A DNA stretch of 64,000 nucleotides from Clostridiaceae bacterium. Its GTDB lineage: Bacteria; Bacillota; Clostridia; Saccharofermentanales; DTU023. The position numbers and the translations under genes were made by a program. The notes under the pieces were generated by a model. It saw only the letters and a list, made by a program, of their open reading frames with translations. It was not told the DNA's origin and made no database searches. The stretch lies in contig JAAZKK010000016.1 in assembly GCA_012799825.1 (NCBI GenBank), forward strand, positions 12,009 through 76,008, written 5' to 3'. Positions 47,575 through 56,617 of the stretch are shown here, piece after piece. Within the stretch, counting starts at the first letter, position 1. Each line of letters opens with the position of its first letter.

Positions 47575-49881
47575 TTACAGTTCAGGTTTTACCGCTTCTT
47601 CGATGTCCGACGTCATCTCAACGGCATCTTGTGCTACGTCTTCAATGGTATCTTCTTTCTCGTCTTCCGCGAAATCGCTGTCGTTTGCTTTCTGATCTTC
47701 GCGCCGAACATTATCGAGCAGTTTTGATCCGGCCTCCGTTACGGTCCGGATTTCGGCCATATCGGAGATGGACGAACGCGCCTGATCATCGACATAACTC
47801 GTCGGAAGGTTGTCAAATCCGCCGCCCTTGGAACCGCGACGTCCGCCGCGGCGACGATTCTCATCGCGACCCTGACGACGTCCCTGCTGTGGTTGCTCGA
47901 TCTGTGCGACAACTTCAGGATCCGGATTGATCGGCTCGACGTCGCGGATGCTGATGCTGATCCTGCGGGCATCGTTTGACACCTCGACAACGCGCGCATC
48001 GACCTCCATGCCTTCGGCAAGTACATCTTCCGGTCTATTCAAGTGGTAATTCGAAACTTGGGAAATATGGCACAGAGCATCCACACCGGGCGCGATATTG
48101 ATAAATGCGCCGAAGGGGAACATGCGTACCACGATACCTCTCACAATGGAGCCAACGGGGAAACGCTCTTCAATGTTGTAGTAAGGATCATCTTCCTCTT
48201 TGCGGTATCCTAATGAAATTCGTTTCCGCGCGCGGTCAAAATCTTTGACGTAAACGTCGATCTTGTCACCGACGGAAAGCACTTCGGAAGGATGGCGAAT
48301 GCGCTGCCACGAAATCTCGCTGATGTGTACGAGACCATCAACGCCGCCAATATCGACAAAGGCGCCGAAATTCGTGAGATTGCGGACAATACCTTCGTAT
48401 TCCTTGCCTTCTTCGATTGTTTCCCAGATAAACTTCTCGTTCTTCTTGCGCTCACGCTGCAAAAGCGACCGGCGAGAACCGGACACGCGCAAACGGCGAC
48501 GCTTTTGATCAAATTGCGTCACAAGAATATCGAACGTCTGATCGCGATAGGGCTCAAGATCTTCTACGCGCTGCAACTCCAACTGCGTGCGATGAATATA
48601 AATATCGATGCTGCCATACGATGCAATCACGCCGTCGCGAACGATATTTGACACCTTGACAGAGAGTGGCGTCTTCTCCTCATAGGCCTCTTCAACGATT
48701 TTGCGTTGTTTCAGCGTGTCGACCTGAGCCACCGACAGCAAAATTTCTTTCCCCGAGTCGGGATAGCGAATGCTACGGATGTATACTTCTATTTCCTGTT
48801 GAGTCTTAACGGCTTCATCCAAATCGAAATCAGGGTTCTTTTCCATTTCACGCATAGGGATCTTTCCCTCGGATTTATCCTTGACGTCGACGTACACATA
48901 GTCGTCGTCATATCGGACGATCCTTCCGTGCACAATGGTTTTCGGTTGAAGCTCAGGAATGCTTTCGATAAATTCGGCAAAATCTATATCTTGCTGTTCC
49001 TCTGGCTTCGTCATGCCTTCCTTTTCTGTCATTCTGTGAACAACCTCCCTGATCATACTGTCTGGTGTTGAGGCTCCGGTCGTAATACCGATCCTCTTAG
49101 AACCGCTCGACTCTCCTCCAATGAATTGGTCGACTTGGTCCGGCCTACTTATAACATGCGTAAAAGCGCACTGCCCTTCACACACCTCTGCCAATCTCGC
49201 CGTATTAGAACTCATCCGGCTACCGAGAACAAACATGATGTCACTAGAAGCGGCAAGCGCCTTTGCATCTGACTGCCTTTTAACAGTCGTGTTACATATT
49301 GTATCAAAAATTTGCAGTTTAGCAATTTTATTTTTTAACATTTTACACATAAGGCGCCAGTGGTCCGAATAGAAGGTCGTTTGTGCGACTAAAATCCACT
49401 CGCGATCCTCAAAAGTTGCCTGCTCTATCTGTTTCGGCGTTTCAAGCAAAACCGGATTTTCAGGATGCGCGTAGCCGACAACGCCTATCACCTCAGGATG
49501 GTTCGCGCGACCGGCAATGATGATACCTTTTCCCGCTCGAGCGGAATCGGCAACGGTGCGTTGCAATTTTTTCACAAAACCGCACGTCCCGTCGATCAGC
49601 TCGCAGTCCTTACGTTTCAGCTCCGCTTCAACCGATGGTGAAATGCCGTGCGCGCGGATGATCACGCACGCACCGTTCGGAATATCGCTGACATCATGCG
49701 CCAGTTTCAAACCACGCCGAGTCAAGTTTTCGATGACGCGCTCGTTGTGAATAAGTGGTCCGAGCATCCAAAGTCGCTCTCTCTCCTCTGCGTTAGACGA
49801 CGCCAGAGTCTGAAGAGCGAGATCAACCGCATGTCGTACTCCGGGACAAAAACCCGCCGTCGTCGCTACACGAATCTTCAT
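47575..49881 (-). CDS. ispH: bifunctional 4-hydroxy-3-methylbut-2-enyl diphosphate reductase / 30S ribosomal protein S1 fusion
   Basis: The N-terminal ~285 aa are IspH/LytB (GFCPGVRHAV, HNERV, TICNTT). Four S1 domains follow, then a basic/acidic tail. This fusion is known in Clostridia. Confidence 0.85.
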   Translation of the reverse strand: MKIRVATTAGFCPGVRHAVDLALQTLASSNAEERERLWMLGPLIHNERVIENLTRRGLKLAHDVSDIPNGACVIIRAHGISPSVEAELKRKDCELIDGTCGFVKKLQRTVADSARAGKGIIIAGRANHPEVIGVVGYAHPENPVLLETPKQIEQATFEDREWILVAQTTFYSDHWRLMCKMLKNKIAKLQIFDTICNTTVKRQSDAKALAASSDIMFVLGSRMSSNTARLAEVCEGQCAFTHVISRPDQVDQFIGGESSGSKRIGITTGASTPDSMIREVVHRMTEKEGMTKPEEQQDIDFAEFIESIPELQPKTIVHGRIVRYDDDYVYVDVKDKSEGKIPMREMEKNPDFDLDEAVKTQQEIEVYIRSIRYPDSGKEILLSVAQVDTLKQRKIVEEAYEEKTPLSVKVSNIVRDGVIASYGSIDIYIHRTQLELQRVEDLEPYRDQTFDILVTQFDQKRRRLRVSGSRRSLLQRERKKNEKFIWETIEEGKEYEGIVRNLTNFGAFVDIGGVDGLVHISEISWQRIRHPSEVLSVGDKIDVYVKDFDRARKRISLGYRKEEDDPYYNIEERFPVGSIVRGIVVRMFPFGAFINIAPGVDALCHISQVSNYHLNRPEDVLAEGMEVDARVVEVSNDARRISISIRDVEPINPDPEVVAQIEQPQQGRRQGRDENRRRGGRRGSKGGGFDNLPTSYVDDQARSSISDMAEIRTVTEAGSKLLDNVRREDQKANDSDFAEDEKEDTIEDVAQDAVEMTSDIEEAVKPEL

Positions 49882-50615
49882 ATCGCTCCCCCGTTATATG
49901 CTTCGAGGTAGGGCCGAACCTCAATTTCACGCTCAAAAACGGCGCGATGCTCATCCATTCCGTCAGGCTCATAGGAAAGGCCGCCGAGCTGATAGATCTG
50001 ACGCATCACCTCATGGCCGATACTGGTCTGTTCATCCGGCGTCAACTTGCTCTTATTTTTCATGGTCATTAAAAGCGTGTCACTGAATGCGAATCGCGGT
50101 CGTCCGAACAATCGATAGTTTGGAGTGATCCCCACCAGAATGACAGGTATTCTATGACGAATGGCGTAGTAAAGGAGCACCTCTTTCGGCTCTGCCGAGG
50201 TAATATCGTCCGCCGCAACTCGCGTCCCCTGCATAAAAAGCCCGACAATCCGATCCATACGAAGTGCCTTCAAGATGCTTTTTGCCGCGTGCATATCGGT
50301 CACTTGCCGGTCAAGCTTAATCGAGTGAAATGCGTCAAGAATCGTCTGAACACACGGTATGCGGTACAACTCTTTTTTGGCGACAAACGATAGCCGATCC
50401 GTTTTATAAAAAAGCGTGATAAAAATAGGATCACACATGTGATGATGATTCGCGAATAAAATGGCTTTACCAGGCACGGTCGGTTTACGATGCCCTATGA
50501 CTTTAGGAAGAAACCATGGCACTAATAACGTACGGACAAGAAAGCGGATCGCCTTGTTCACAAATCGATGCCACAAAGAAAGCTTCGGTGATTCGTTTGA
50601 CCTGCGATCAGTCAT
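49878..50615 (-). CDS. plsC: 1-acyl-sn-glycerol-3-phosphate acyltransferase
   Basis: NHHHMCDP (HX4D) acyltransferase motif. 245 aa. 4-nt overlaps with both neighbours. Confidence 0.75.
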   Translation of the reverse strand: MTDRRSNESPKLSLWHRFVNKAIRFLVRTLLVPWFLPKVIGHRKPTVPGKAILFANHHHMCDPIFITLFYKTDRLSFVAKKELYRIPCVQTILDAFHSIKLDRQVTDMHAAKSILKALRMDRIVGLFMQGTRVAADDITSAEPKEVLLYYAIRHRIPVILVGITPNYRLFGRPRFAFSDTLLMTMKNKSKLTPDEQTSIGHEVMRQIYQLGGLSYEPDGMDEHRAVFEREIEVRPYLEAYNGGAI

Positions 50616-51883
50616 CTTACTGCTCCTCCATAAGGGTATCTTTCCTTATGACGAATGACGTCCACCATAATATCGACGACTTCTTCTTCAGACATGTCGC
50701 TCGTATCGATCAGCATCGCGTCCGACGCGCGTTTTGCAGGCGCAAGTGCTCGTCCGCTGTCCTGCGCGTCACGCTTTTGGATCTCGTCCATAACGCTCTC
50801 AAGCGTCGCCTCTTTTCCTAAACGTTGGAGATCCTGAAGGCGCCTCTTCGCGCGCACCTCTGTCGATGCCGTCAGGAAAAACTTGTAGGGCGCATTCGGA
50901 AAAACATATGTGCCGATATCGCGTCCATCCAAGACGAAAGGCTGCTTATCCCCGAGTTCGCGTTGCAGTCGCACACAGTAAGAGCGCACGGAAGGCAAAG
51001 CGCTGATATCAGATGCCGCGCGCGCCACCTCTGTCGTTCGGATGAACGGTTCCGTATCTTCGCCGTCGACGATCGTTTTCTGCAAACCGGAAGAAAACTC
51101 TATCGACATATTCGTGTTCTTAAGCATTTCCTCCACCGCCACCTCATCCGAGGGCGAAATACCTAGTTGCAACGCTTTATACCCAAGCGCGCGGTACATC
51201 GCACCCGTGTCGAGAAAACCAATGCCGAGGCGGCGCGCAAGCCTCTTAGCCGCTGTACTCTTTCCGGCGCCTGAAGGGCCGTCAATGGCGATAACGGGAG
51301 GACGCACGGGCACCATATCGCGCGCAACCGCCAAATCAGGATGCATCAACTGTTGGACGGAATCGTACATCATAAGATCGACAGGCGGCAGTTCGTTCGC
51401 TGAAGAAAGACCGAACTCGAGCAAAAACTGCGACGTCACGTCGAGGAGCGCCGGTCGTCCCGGAAGATCGAGCGTACCCGCCTCCTGAACTAAGCCACGA
51501 TCGATCAGACGTGAAACAACAGAGTCGCTGTTAACGCCGCGCACTGTTTCGATCTCCGCGCGTGTCACCGGCGCATTGTAAGCTATAACGGCAAGCGTCT
51601 CATAGGCAGCTTCGGACAACTTCTGGCCGCGCACGTCTCCAAAAAAAGTGGCGACAGTTTCTCGATACTTAGGATCTGTGACGAGCGACACGCGGTCGTC
51701 TAACACACGTACCGTCAACCCTGAAGCAGGATCGAGCGCGTAGCGCCGTTTCAGCTGCTCCGCAAGCAGAAAAACATCATCTTCTGAAATATCAAGAATG
51801 GACGCTATGCGCTCACAAGAAAGCGGATCACCCGCCGCAAAGAGCAACGCTTCCATCGCTGCCATGTTCTGCACCCAGTCCAT
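50612..51883 (-). CDS. fused segregation/condensation protein B and cytidylate kinase
   Basis: Residues 1 to ~190 are ScpB (EALLFAAGDPLS..., two winged-helix units). Residues ~200-423 are Cmk (VIAIDGPSGAGKST, LDTGAMYRA). There is no stop codon between them. Confidence 0.8.
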   Translation of the reverse strand: MDWVQNMAAMEALLFAAGDPLSCERIASILDISEDDVFLLAEQLKRRYALDPASGLTVRVLDDRVSLVTDPKYRETVATFFGDVRGQKLSEAAYETLAVIAYNAPVTRAEIETVRGVNSDSVVSRLIDRGLVQEAGTLDLPGRPALLDVTSQFLLEFGLSSANELPPVDLMMYDSVQQLMHPDLAVARDMVPVRPPVIAIDGPSGAGKSTAAKRLARRLGIGFLDTGAMYRALGYKALQLGISPSDEVAVEEMLKNTNMSIEFSSGLQKTIVDGEDTEPFIRTTEVARAASDISALPSVRSYCVRLQRELGDKQPFVLDGRDIGTYVFPNAPYKFFLTASTEVRAKRRLQDLQRLGKEATLESVMDEIQKRDAQDSGRALAPAKRASDAMLIDTSDMSEEEVVDIMVDVIRHKERYPYGGAVR

Positions 51884-51885
51884 TG

Positions 51886-52869
51886 CTACCGCTCCTTTTT
51901 CTCAATCAAAATGGGATCATCTCTTTTCTTCTGAAAAACGCGAACCCGGTTCTGAAAGACGAGCTCCAACAGCGCAAGAAATCCCATCACGCGCTCTACA
52001 GGTGCCAGTTTCGGAGGAAACAGCTCGTAGAAAAAAACGCGCGTTCGATTCGCGATGCGCATCACGATATACTTCATCCCGTCCTTAAGCGATTGGCGCT
52101 CACGTTCCAACGTCTTCACCATCGACGTGTCGTCATGGCGAAAACGGGCACGGTTGCGTGCCGCGACGCGATCTGTCGCCTCATTGAAGCGATTGCGATC
52201 GATGGGCGTCTTCTCGCGTTCACGCTCGATGCCTTCGCGTTCAGGAAGTGCCTGCGGTTTTGTATATGTTCCGTGAAAACATTGATGCTGATCTTTCAAA
52301 AACGAAGCAATAAGACGGCAACGACGATACCGCATAAGACTCAAAACCAAGAGATCTCCGGGTTCCGCCAGATCCTCGCTGAGCGCCTCTTCTCTTCCGG
52401 GAATAAGCTGTTTCGATTTCATCTCGATGAGCATCGACGCCATGACCAGAAATGAGCTTGCAAATTCCATATCAAAGATCGGCATCCGCTCCATAATTGC
52501 AAGGTATTGATCGGCGATGGAAACGATCGACACACGATCGATCCGAACACGATGGCGCTCGACAAGCTGATTCAGAAGGTCAAGCGGACCGTCAAAGTCC
52601 ACGACATCGATCTGAAGCGTCGCATCTGCCGTGCTCTCATCGTCAATATCGATGATCTGCACGTCCGCCACGTCTTCATCGTATGTATCGCCAGCATAAG
52701 CACCCGCAGAGATTTCAACATCATCCGTCCCTGCGTTCACTTGAAACATTGCATTCGCCGCACTTTCGACATCGAGAACCCGAGTATTCACCGCACTTTC
52801 AGCACTCATTTCAACTAACCGCGCATCAATCATCGGCATGTCGTCACATGAAAAAGGGCATCGGCACAT
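51886..52869 (-). CDS. scpA: segregation and condensation protein A (kleisin)
   Basis: FDGPLDLLNQLVERHRVRIDRVSIVSIADQYL core, preceded by an acidic extension of about 85 aa. The true start is uncertain. Confidence 0.8.
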   Translation of the reverse strand: MCRCPFSCDDMPMIDARLVEMSAESAVNTRVLDVESAANAMFQVNAGTDDVEISAGAYAGDTYDEDVADVQIIDIDDESTADATLQIDVVDFDGPLDLLNQLVERHRVRIDRVSIVSIADQYLAIMERMPIFDMEFASSFLVMASMLIEMKSKQLIPGREEALSEDLAEPGDLLVLSLMRYRRCRLIASFLKDQHQCFHGTYTKPQALPEREGIEREREKTPIDRNRFNEATDRVAARNRARFRHDDTSMVKTLERERQSLKDGMKYIVMRIANRTRVFFYELFPPKLAPVERVMGFLALLELVFQNRVRVFQKKRDDPILIEKKER

Positions 52870-53638
52870 AACCGAGAGCCGATTGTATCGCCCGAAACAG
52901 TAGCGTTATAGGATATTGAATAGCGTAATTGAAAGGAACGAGAATCCAACTTAATAGCGTTGTAAAAGCGTTTCGGAACACAAAAACAAAGACAAGAAAG
53001 GCCATGCCGATATAGCGCTCATAACGCATCACCGTATCAAGATAACGATCCGGAAGGAGAAAACCGAACACGCGTGAACCGTCGAGCGGGGGCACTGGAA
53101 GCAGATTGAACACGGCAAGCAGCACATTAGCTGAATAAAGCGTCAGGAAAAGTCGGCTCAACGTAAGCATTAGATTTGATACAACACCGACAGCCGACAA
53201 GATCGTCCAAATCACACAGAAGAGTGTCCACGAAACCACCGCCAGCAAAAGGTTAGAAACTGGGCCGGCAAGGCTTGTCAACATCATACCGTGTTTCATC
53301 GATTTCGCTTTTGTCATGCGTGTGGGGTTGACAGGCACCGGCTTTGCCCAGCCGACACCTATAAGAAGAAACGTAAGCGCACCCAGAGGATCGAGGTGAC
53401 GTGCAGGATTGAGTGACAAACGTCCCATTAGCGCCGACGTATCATCTCCCAATCGAAGCGCTATCCATGAATGCGCGCATTCATGGAGTGATAGTGAAAG
53501 GCACATCACGAAAATGCGGATCAACAATCCGACTATATCGAAATCTCTGAAATCAAAGAATGAAAATGCCGCCACCGCGACCGCAAAACCGACTCGTTGC
53601 GTTCCTAATTGTCTATCACTCACTGGTGCTTCCCTCAC
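52844..53638 (-). CDS. site-2 protease family (peptidase M50) membrane metalloprotease
   Basis: HECAHSW (HExxH) and NLLPVPPLDG motifs. Multi-TM. Confidence 0.8.
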   Translation of the reverse strand: MREAPVSDRQLGTQRVGFAVAVAAFSFFDFRDFDIVGLLIRIFVMCLSLSLHECAHSWIALRLGDDTSALMGRLSLNPARHLDPLGALTFLLIGVGWAKPVPVNPTRMTKAKSMKHGMMLTSLAGPVSNLLLAVVSWTLFCVIWTILSAVGVVSNLMLTLSRLFLTLYSANVLLAVFNLLPVPPLDGSRVFGFLLPDRYLDTVMRYERYIGMAFLVFVFVFRNAFTTLLSWILVPFNYAIQYPITLLFRAIQSALGYVPMPFFM

Positions 53639-53850
53639 CTTTTAAAGGATACGAATAGGATTATAACACAGCCATCTTGCAAGACGGCCACGCCTACTAT
53701 GACAAATCTCAATATTTTGACCGGCTGAACGACATACGTAATAACAAGCTAAATCAGACAGTGCTCAATTCCTCTGTCAAGATGACAAAGTGATTCTACT
53801 GTCGCCGATCTAAAGTGGTTCACATTCCGGAAATTACTCCAAAAAGTCGG

Positions 53851-53937
53851 TCAGTGTTTCACCTCGCAGATAGCGCTAAATACTTCCTTAATGGAAATTT
53901 TATCACCGTCTTTCTGGAACAGTTCACGTTTCGAGTA
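53851..53937 (-). pseudogene. relic of an apbE 3' end (28 codons)
   Basis: Encodes ...KRELFQKDGDKISIKEVFSAICEVKH*, which aligns with the ApbE C-terminus ...VDGDDITMTEGFSAVYEAKR*. The DNA at 53839-53910 is about 70% identical to 53943-54014. Confidence 0.6.
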
Positions 53938-53954
53938 TTATTTCAAAAATTCGG

Positions 53955-55076
53955 TCAGCGCTTCGCCTCATAAACAGCGCTAAACCCTTCAGTCATGGTG
54001 ATATCATCGCCGTCGACCCAGAGCGCTTCACATCCGGGAAACTTCTTCAAAAGCTTGCGCCCTTCTTCAACGGTAAGCACCATCAACGCCGTTGAAAGAA
54101 GATCCGCCGTTGCAGAATCTGGAGCAAGAATAGAGACCGCGTCACAGTATTCCGCCGGGTAAAGTGTGTCGGGATCGACGATGTGCGAGTATGTGTGCCC
54201 TTCAAGAACAAAAAAGCGCTCATAATGACCGGACGTCACCACAGAAAGCTCGGTTGATGCGACAATACCCAGAATCGATTGTCCGGACATGTCTTCCGGA
54301 TCTCGAATACCGACTTTCCAAGGCTGACCCGTTTCTATATTGCCGCCGATTGTCCGCACATTGCCGCCGACATTGAGAATCGCTGATTTAAGCCCCGCTT
54401 CTTTCAAATGCAACGCCACTTGCTCCGCAGCGTATCCTTTCGCAATGGCACCGACATCAAGTGACATGAGAGGATCGCGCAGTAACACGGTTCCCGACTC
54501 TCGGTCGACCACAACATCTTTGATATCCGTATGAGCGGCCGCTTCACGAAACGCAGCATCCGAAGGAAGACGCACGTCCATTTTTTCTTGTTCTGTCTCG
54601 GCGGCGTTGGCAGCGACACGCGTATCGTGCCAAAGCCTCAATACGGCACCCATCGCGATATTCACTCGGCCATCGGATCTATCGTAATCTTGAATTCCCA
54701 GCTCAATCAAATCGAGTATCTCGGGAGGACAGACAACCGGCGTTCCCGCGCGGTCATTCACTGTCTTTAGATTCACGCCTGACGTCGGATCGTCATAAAT
54801 CGTAAACCATTCGTGGTAGCGCCTGAGTTCTTCTTCCGCCTGTTTATGGTAACGCTCGAATGCAACTTCATCTTCTGCATAAAGAATTAACTGCGTCACC
54901 GTATCAAAAGGTCCGACAAATGACGTTGAAAAACGTTGCCATTCGCCCGGCGTCATCGACGTCGTCGTGACCGTGTCGTACGGAGGATTCGTCGGAGCAC
55001 ACGACGTCACTAAATGACAGAAAAACACAATGCATAAAAGGAACACTACAAGGCGCAAACCATTATGCACCCGCAT
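53955..55076 (-). CDS. apbE: FAD:protein FMN transferase (ApbE-family lipoprotein)
   Basis: LDVGAIAKGYAAE motif. Lipoprotein signal MRVHNGLRLVVFLLCIVFFCHLVTSC. The start was trimmed to ATG 55076. Confidence 0.8.
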   Translation of the reverse strand: MRVHNGLRLVVFLLCIVFFCHLVTSCAPTNPPYDTVTTTSMTPGEWQRFSTSFVGPFDTVTQLILYAEDEVAFERYHKQAEEELRRYHEWFTIYDDPTSGVNLKTVNDRAGTPVVCPPEILDLIELGIQDYDRSDGRVNIAMGAVLRLWHDTRVAANAAETEQEKMDVRLPSDAAFREAAAHTDIKDVVVDRESGTVLLRDPLMSLDVGAIAKGYAAEQVALHLKEAGLKSAILNVGGNVRTIGGNIETGQPWKVGIRDPEDMSGQSILGIVASTELSVVTSGHYERFFVLEGHTYSHIVDPDTLYPAEYCDAVSILAPDSATADLLSTALMVLTVEEGRKLLKKFPGCEALWVDGDDITMTEGFSAVYEAKR

Positions 55077-55282
55077 TTTTTTTAGCAACAAACTCCTATC
55101 ATCTCTACACAGGGGAGAACGCGATACTTCTCGAGCACACTCCGTTTTCAAAGAGGAGCGCAAGGTATCTTTTGCTATATGATGACGCAGGACACTAGTA
55201 GAAGGAGTGCTTTTGCATTTTAGCTTCTGTAAGCCGTCTTGCGTATCGAGTGTGGCATATGAAATCAATAAATCGTTGTGTT

Positions 55283-55804
55283 TCATGATCGAGGCCTGAT
55301 CTTTCTATTAAACAAGGCTTCCAAAGGTTTCATCGTCATGCGCAGGAGCGCCGCGGAAAGGAGGCCGGTCAATATCCCAAAAAGAATCAAAAAAGGAGCG
55401 ACATAGATAAATGACGCGCGATAAACGTCCTTAAAAATCAGAAAAAGGAATTGTCCGAAGTTGTGCGTGATGGCGCCGACAACCGACAGAATAAAAATCG
55501 ACACACGACCGCGAGTCCCTTTCTCAAGAGCCAACATCACCAGTATGGAGCAGAGCGTTCCCGACATCGAGACGAGACCGGCAAAGAGGCCGCGCGTCAA
55601 GAACACAAACACACTTTTTAATATCGCGACCGAAAAAGCTTCTCCGCCGCCTAAGAGAACAAGCGCAGCCATGACTGCGACGTTTGCAAGTCCGTACCGC
55701 AGCGGCACAGGCGAAGGAAGCGGCGGAAGCATGCCGTCGACAATACTTAACACTAGCGCCAGCGCAAGCATAACCGCGACACGCGCCAGCTTCGTTGTCG
55801 ACAT
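55283..55804 (-). CDS. Gx transporter family membrane protein (Hpre_diP_synt_I-like)
   Basis: Small polytopic membrane protein in the commonly seen NusG_II / Gx / ApbE arrangement. The start was set at MSTTKLARV. Confidence 0.55.
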   Translation of the reverse strand: MSTTKLARVAVMLALALVLSIVDGMLPPLPSPVPLRYGLANVAVMAALVLLGGGEAFSVAILKSVFVFLTRGLFAGLVSMSGTLCSILVMLALEKGTRGRVSIFILSVVGAITHNFGQFLFLIFKDVYRASFIYVAPFLILFGILTGLLSAALLRMTMKPLEALFNRKIRPRS

Positions 55805-55829
55805 CCGTACGCCGGAAAAGTGTTTTGAA

Positions 55830-56327
55830 TCACGTGACAACATCCACCTCCTGTGTCGTATCGGTCATTTCCGTCGCTACAATCGTGACTAGGAAACGAT
55901 TCGGCACACATGCCACAAAAGCGCCCGGCTTCCCTATCCTTCCCGTATTAATACACGTTTTGTCCGGACAATCGGAAACGATAACGGCGACCGTCTGATC
56001 GGCATACTGATGCAATTGTACGGTAGGACGCGACGCGTAACTGTAATCCTTGTCAACACCGGCTTGCAGCACGATGCGATCAACTAATTCACCGTCAATG
56101 TAGACATGTGCTTCCAACGAAGATCCCGACACATCTTTACTGGAAAGAAGAAAAAAGGTCAGCGCAATCGCCAGAACGATCGCAAGAAATAAAAGATCGC
56201 GCGCTCTGAAAAAAACTCTTTGAGCGCGCGACGGTTTACTATCACTTTTATCATTATACATCATACGATCCCGACTGCCTGACCGTTCGTAAATCTTATC
56301 TTTTGAACTCTTCCTGCAAAACAACAT
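55830..56327 (-). CDS. NusG domain II-containing protein (DUF1312)
   Basis: VSDCPDKTCINTGRIGKPGAFVACVPNRFLVTIV is typical of this family. An N-terminal TM is present. The start may be further downstream (MMYND). Confidence 0.6.
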   Translation of the reverse strand: MLFCRKSSKDKIYERSGSRDRMMYNDKSDSKPSRAQRVFFRARDLLFLAIVLAIALTFFLLSSKDVSGSSLEAHVYIDGELVDRIVLQAGVDKDYSYASRPTVQLHQYADQTVAVIVSDCPDKTCINTGRIGKPGAFVACVPNRFLVTIVATEMTDTTQEVDVVT

Positions 56328-56617
56328 GGAAAATCACGTTTCTTCTTGTGCTGCGCACCGCCGATCTATGTATTCGCGGACTTCTCTCAATGATGACAAA
56401 TAAATGCTCTTCGACGCAGGTCAATCTATGAACCTGCTGACTCCTCTCCTTAACGACAGTTCTCTTGCGGCATTTCGTCAATCCCGAACCTGAGTGCTCC
56501 GCTGTGTTTTGTCTCATCATTAGCAGTGATCGGTCATCGATTTAAGCGGTTGAGGGCTTCGCATATCAGACGAAAGATACACTAAGTCACCAATCGACAG
56601 TGTATGCTTAAAAAGCC

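Noticed and set aside
47493-47930. 145-aa plus-strand ORF at the 3' end of ispH::rpsA
   Set aside because: It is antisense to the charged S1 tail and is Arg/Pro-rich low-complexity sequence. Shadow ORF.
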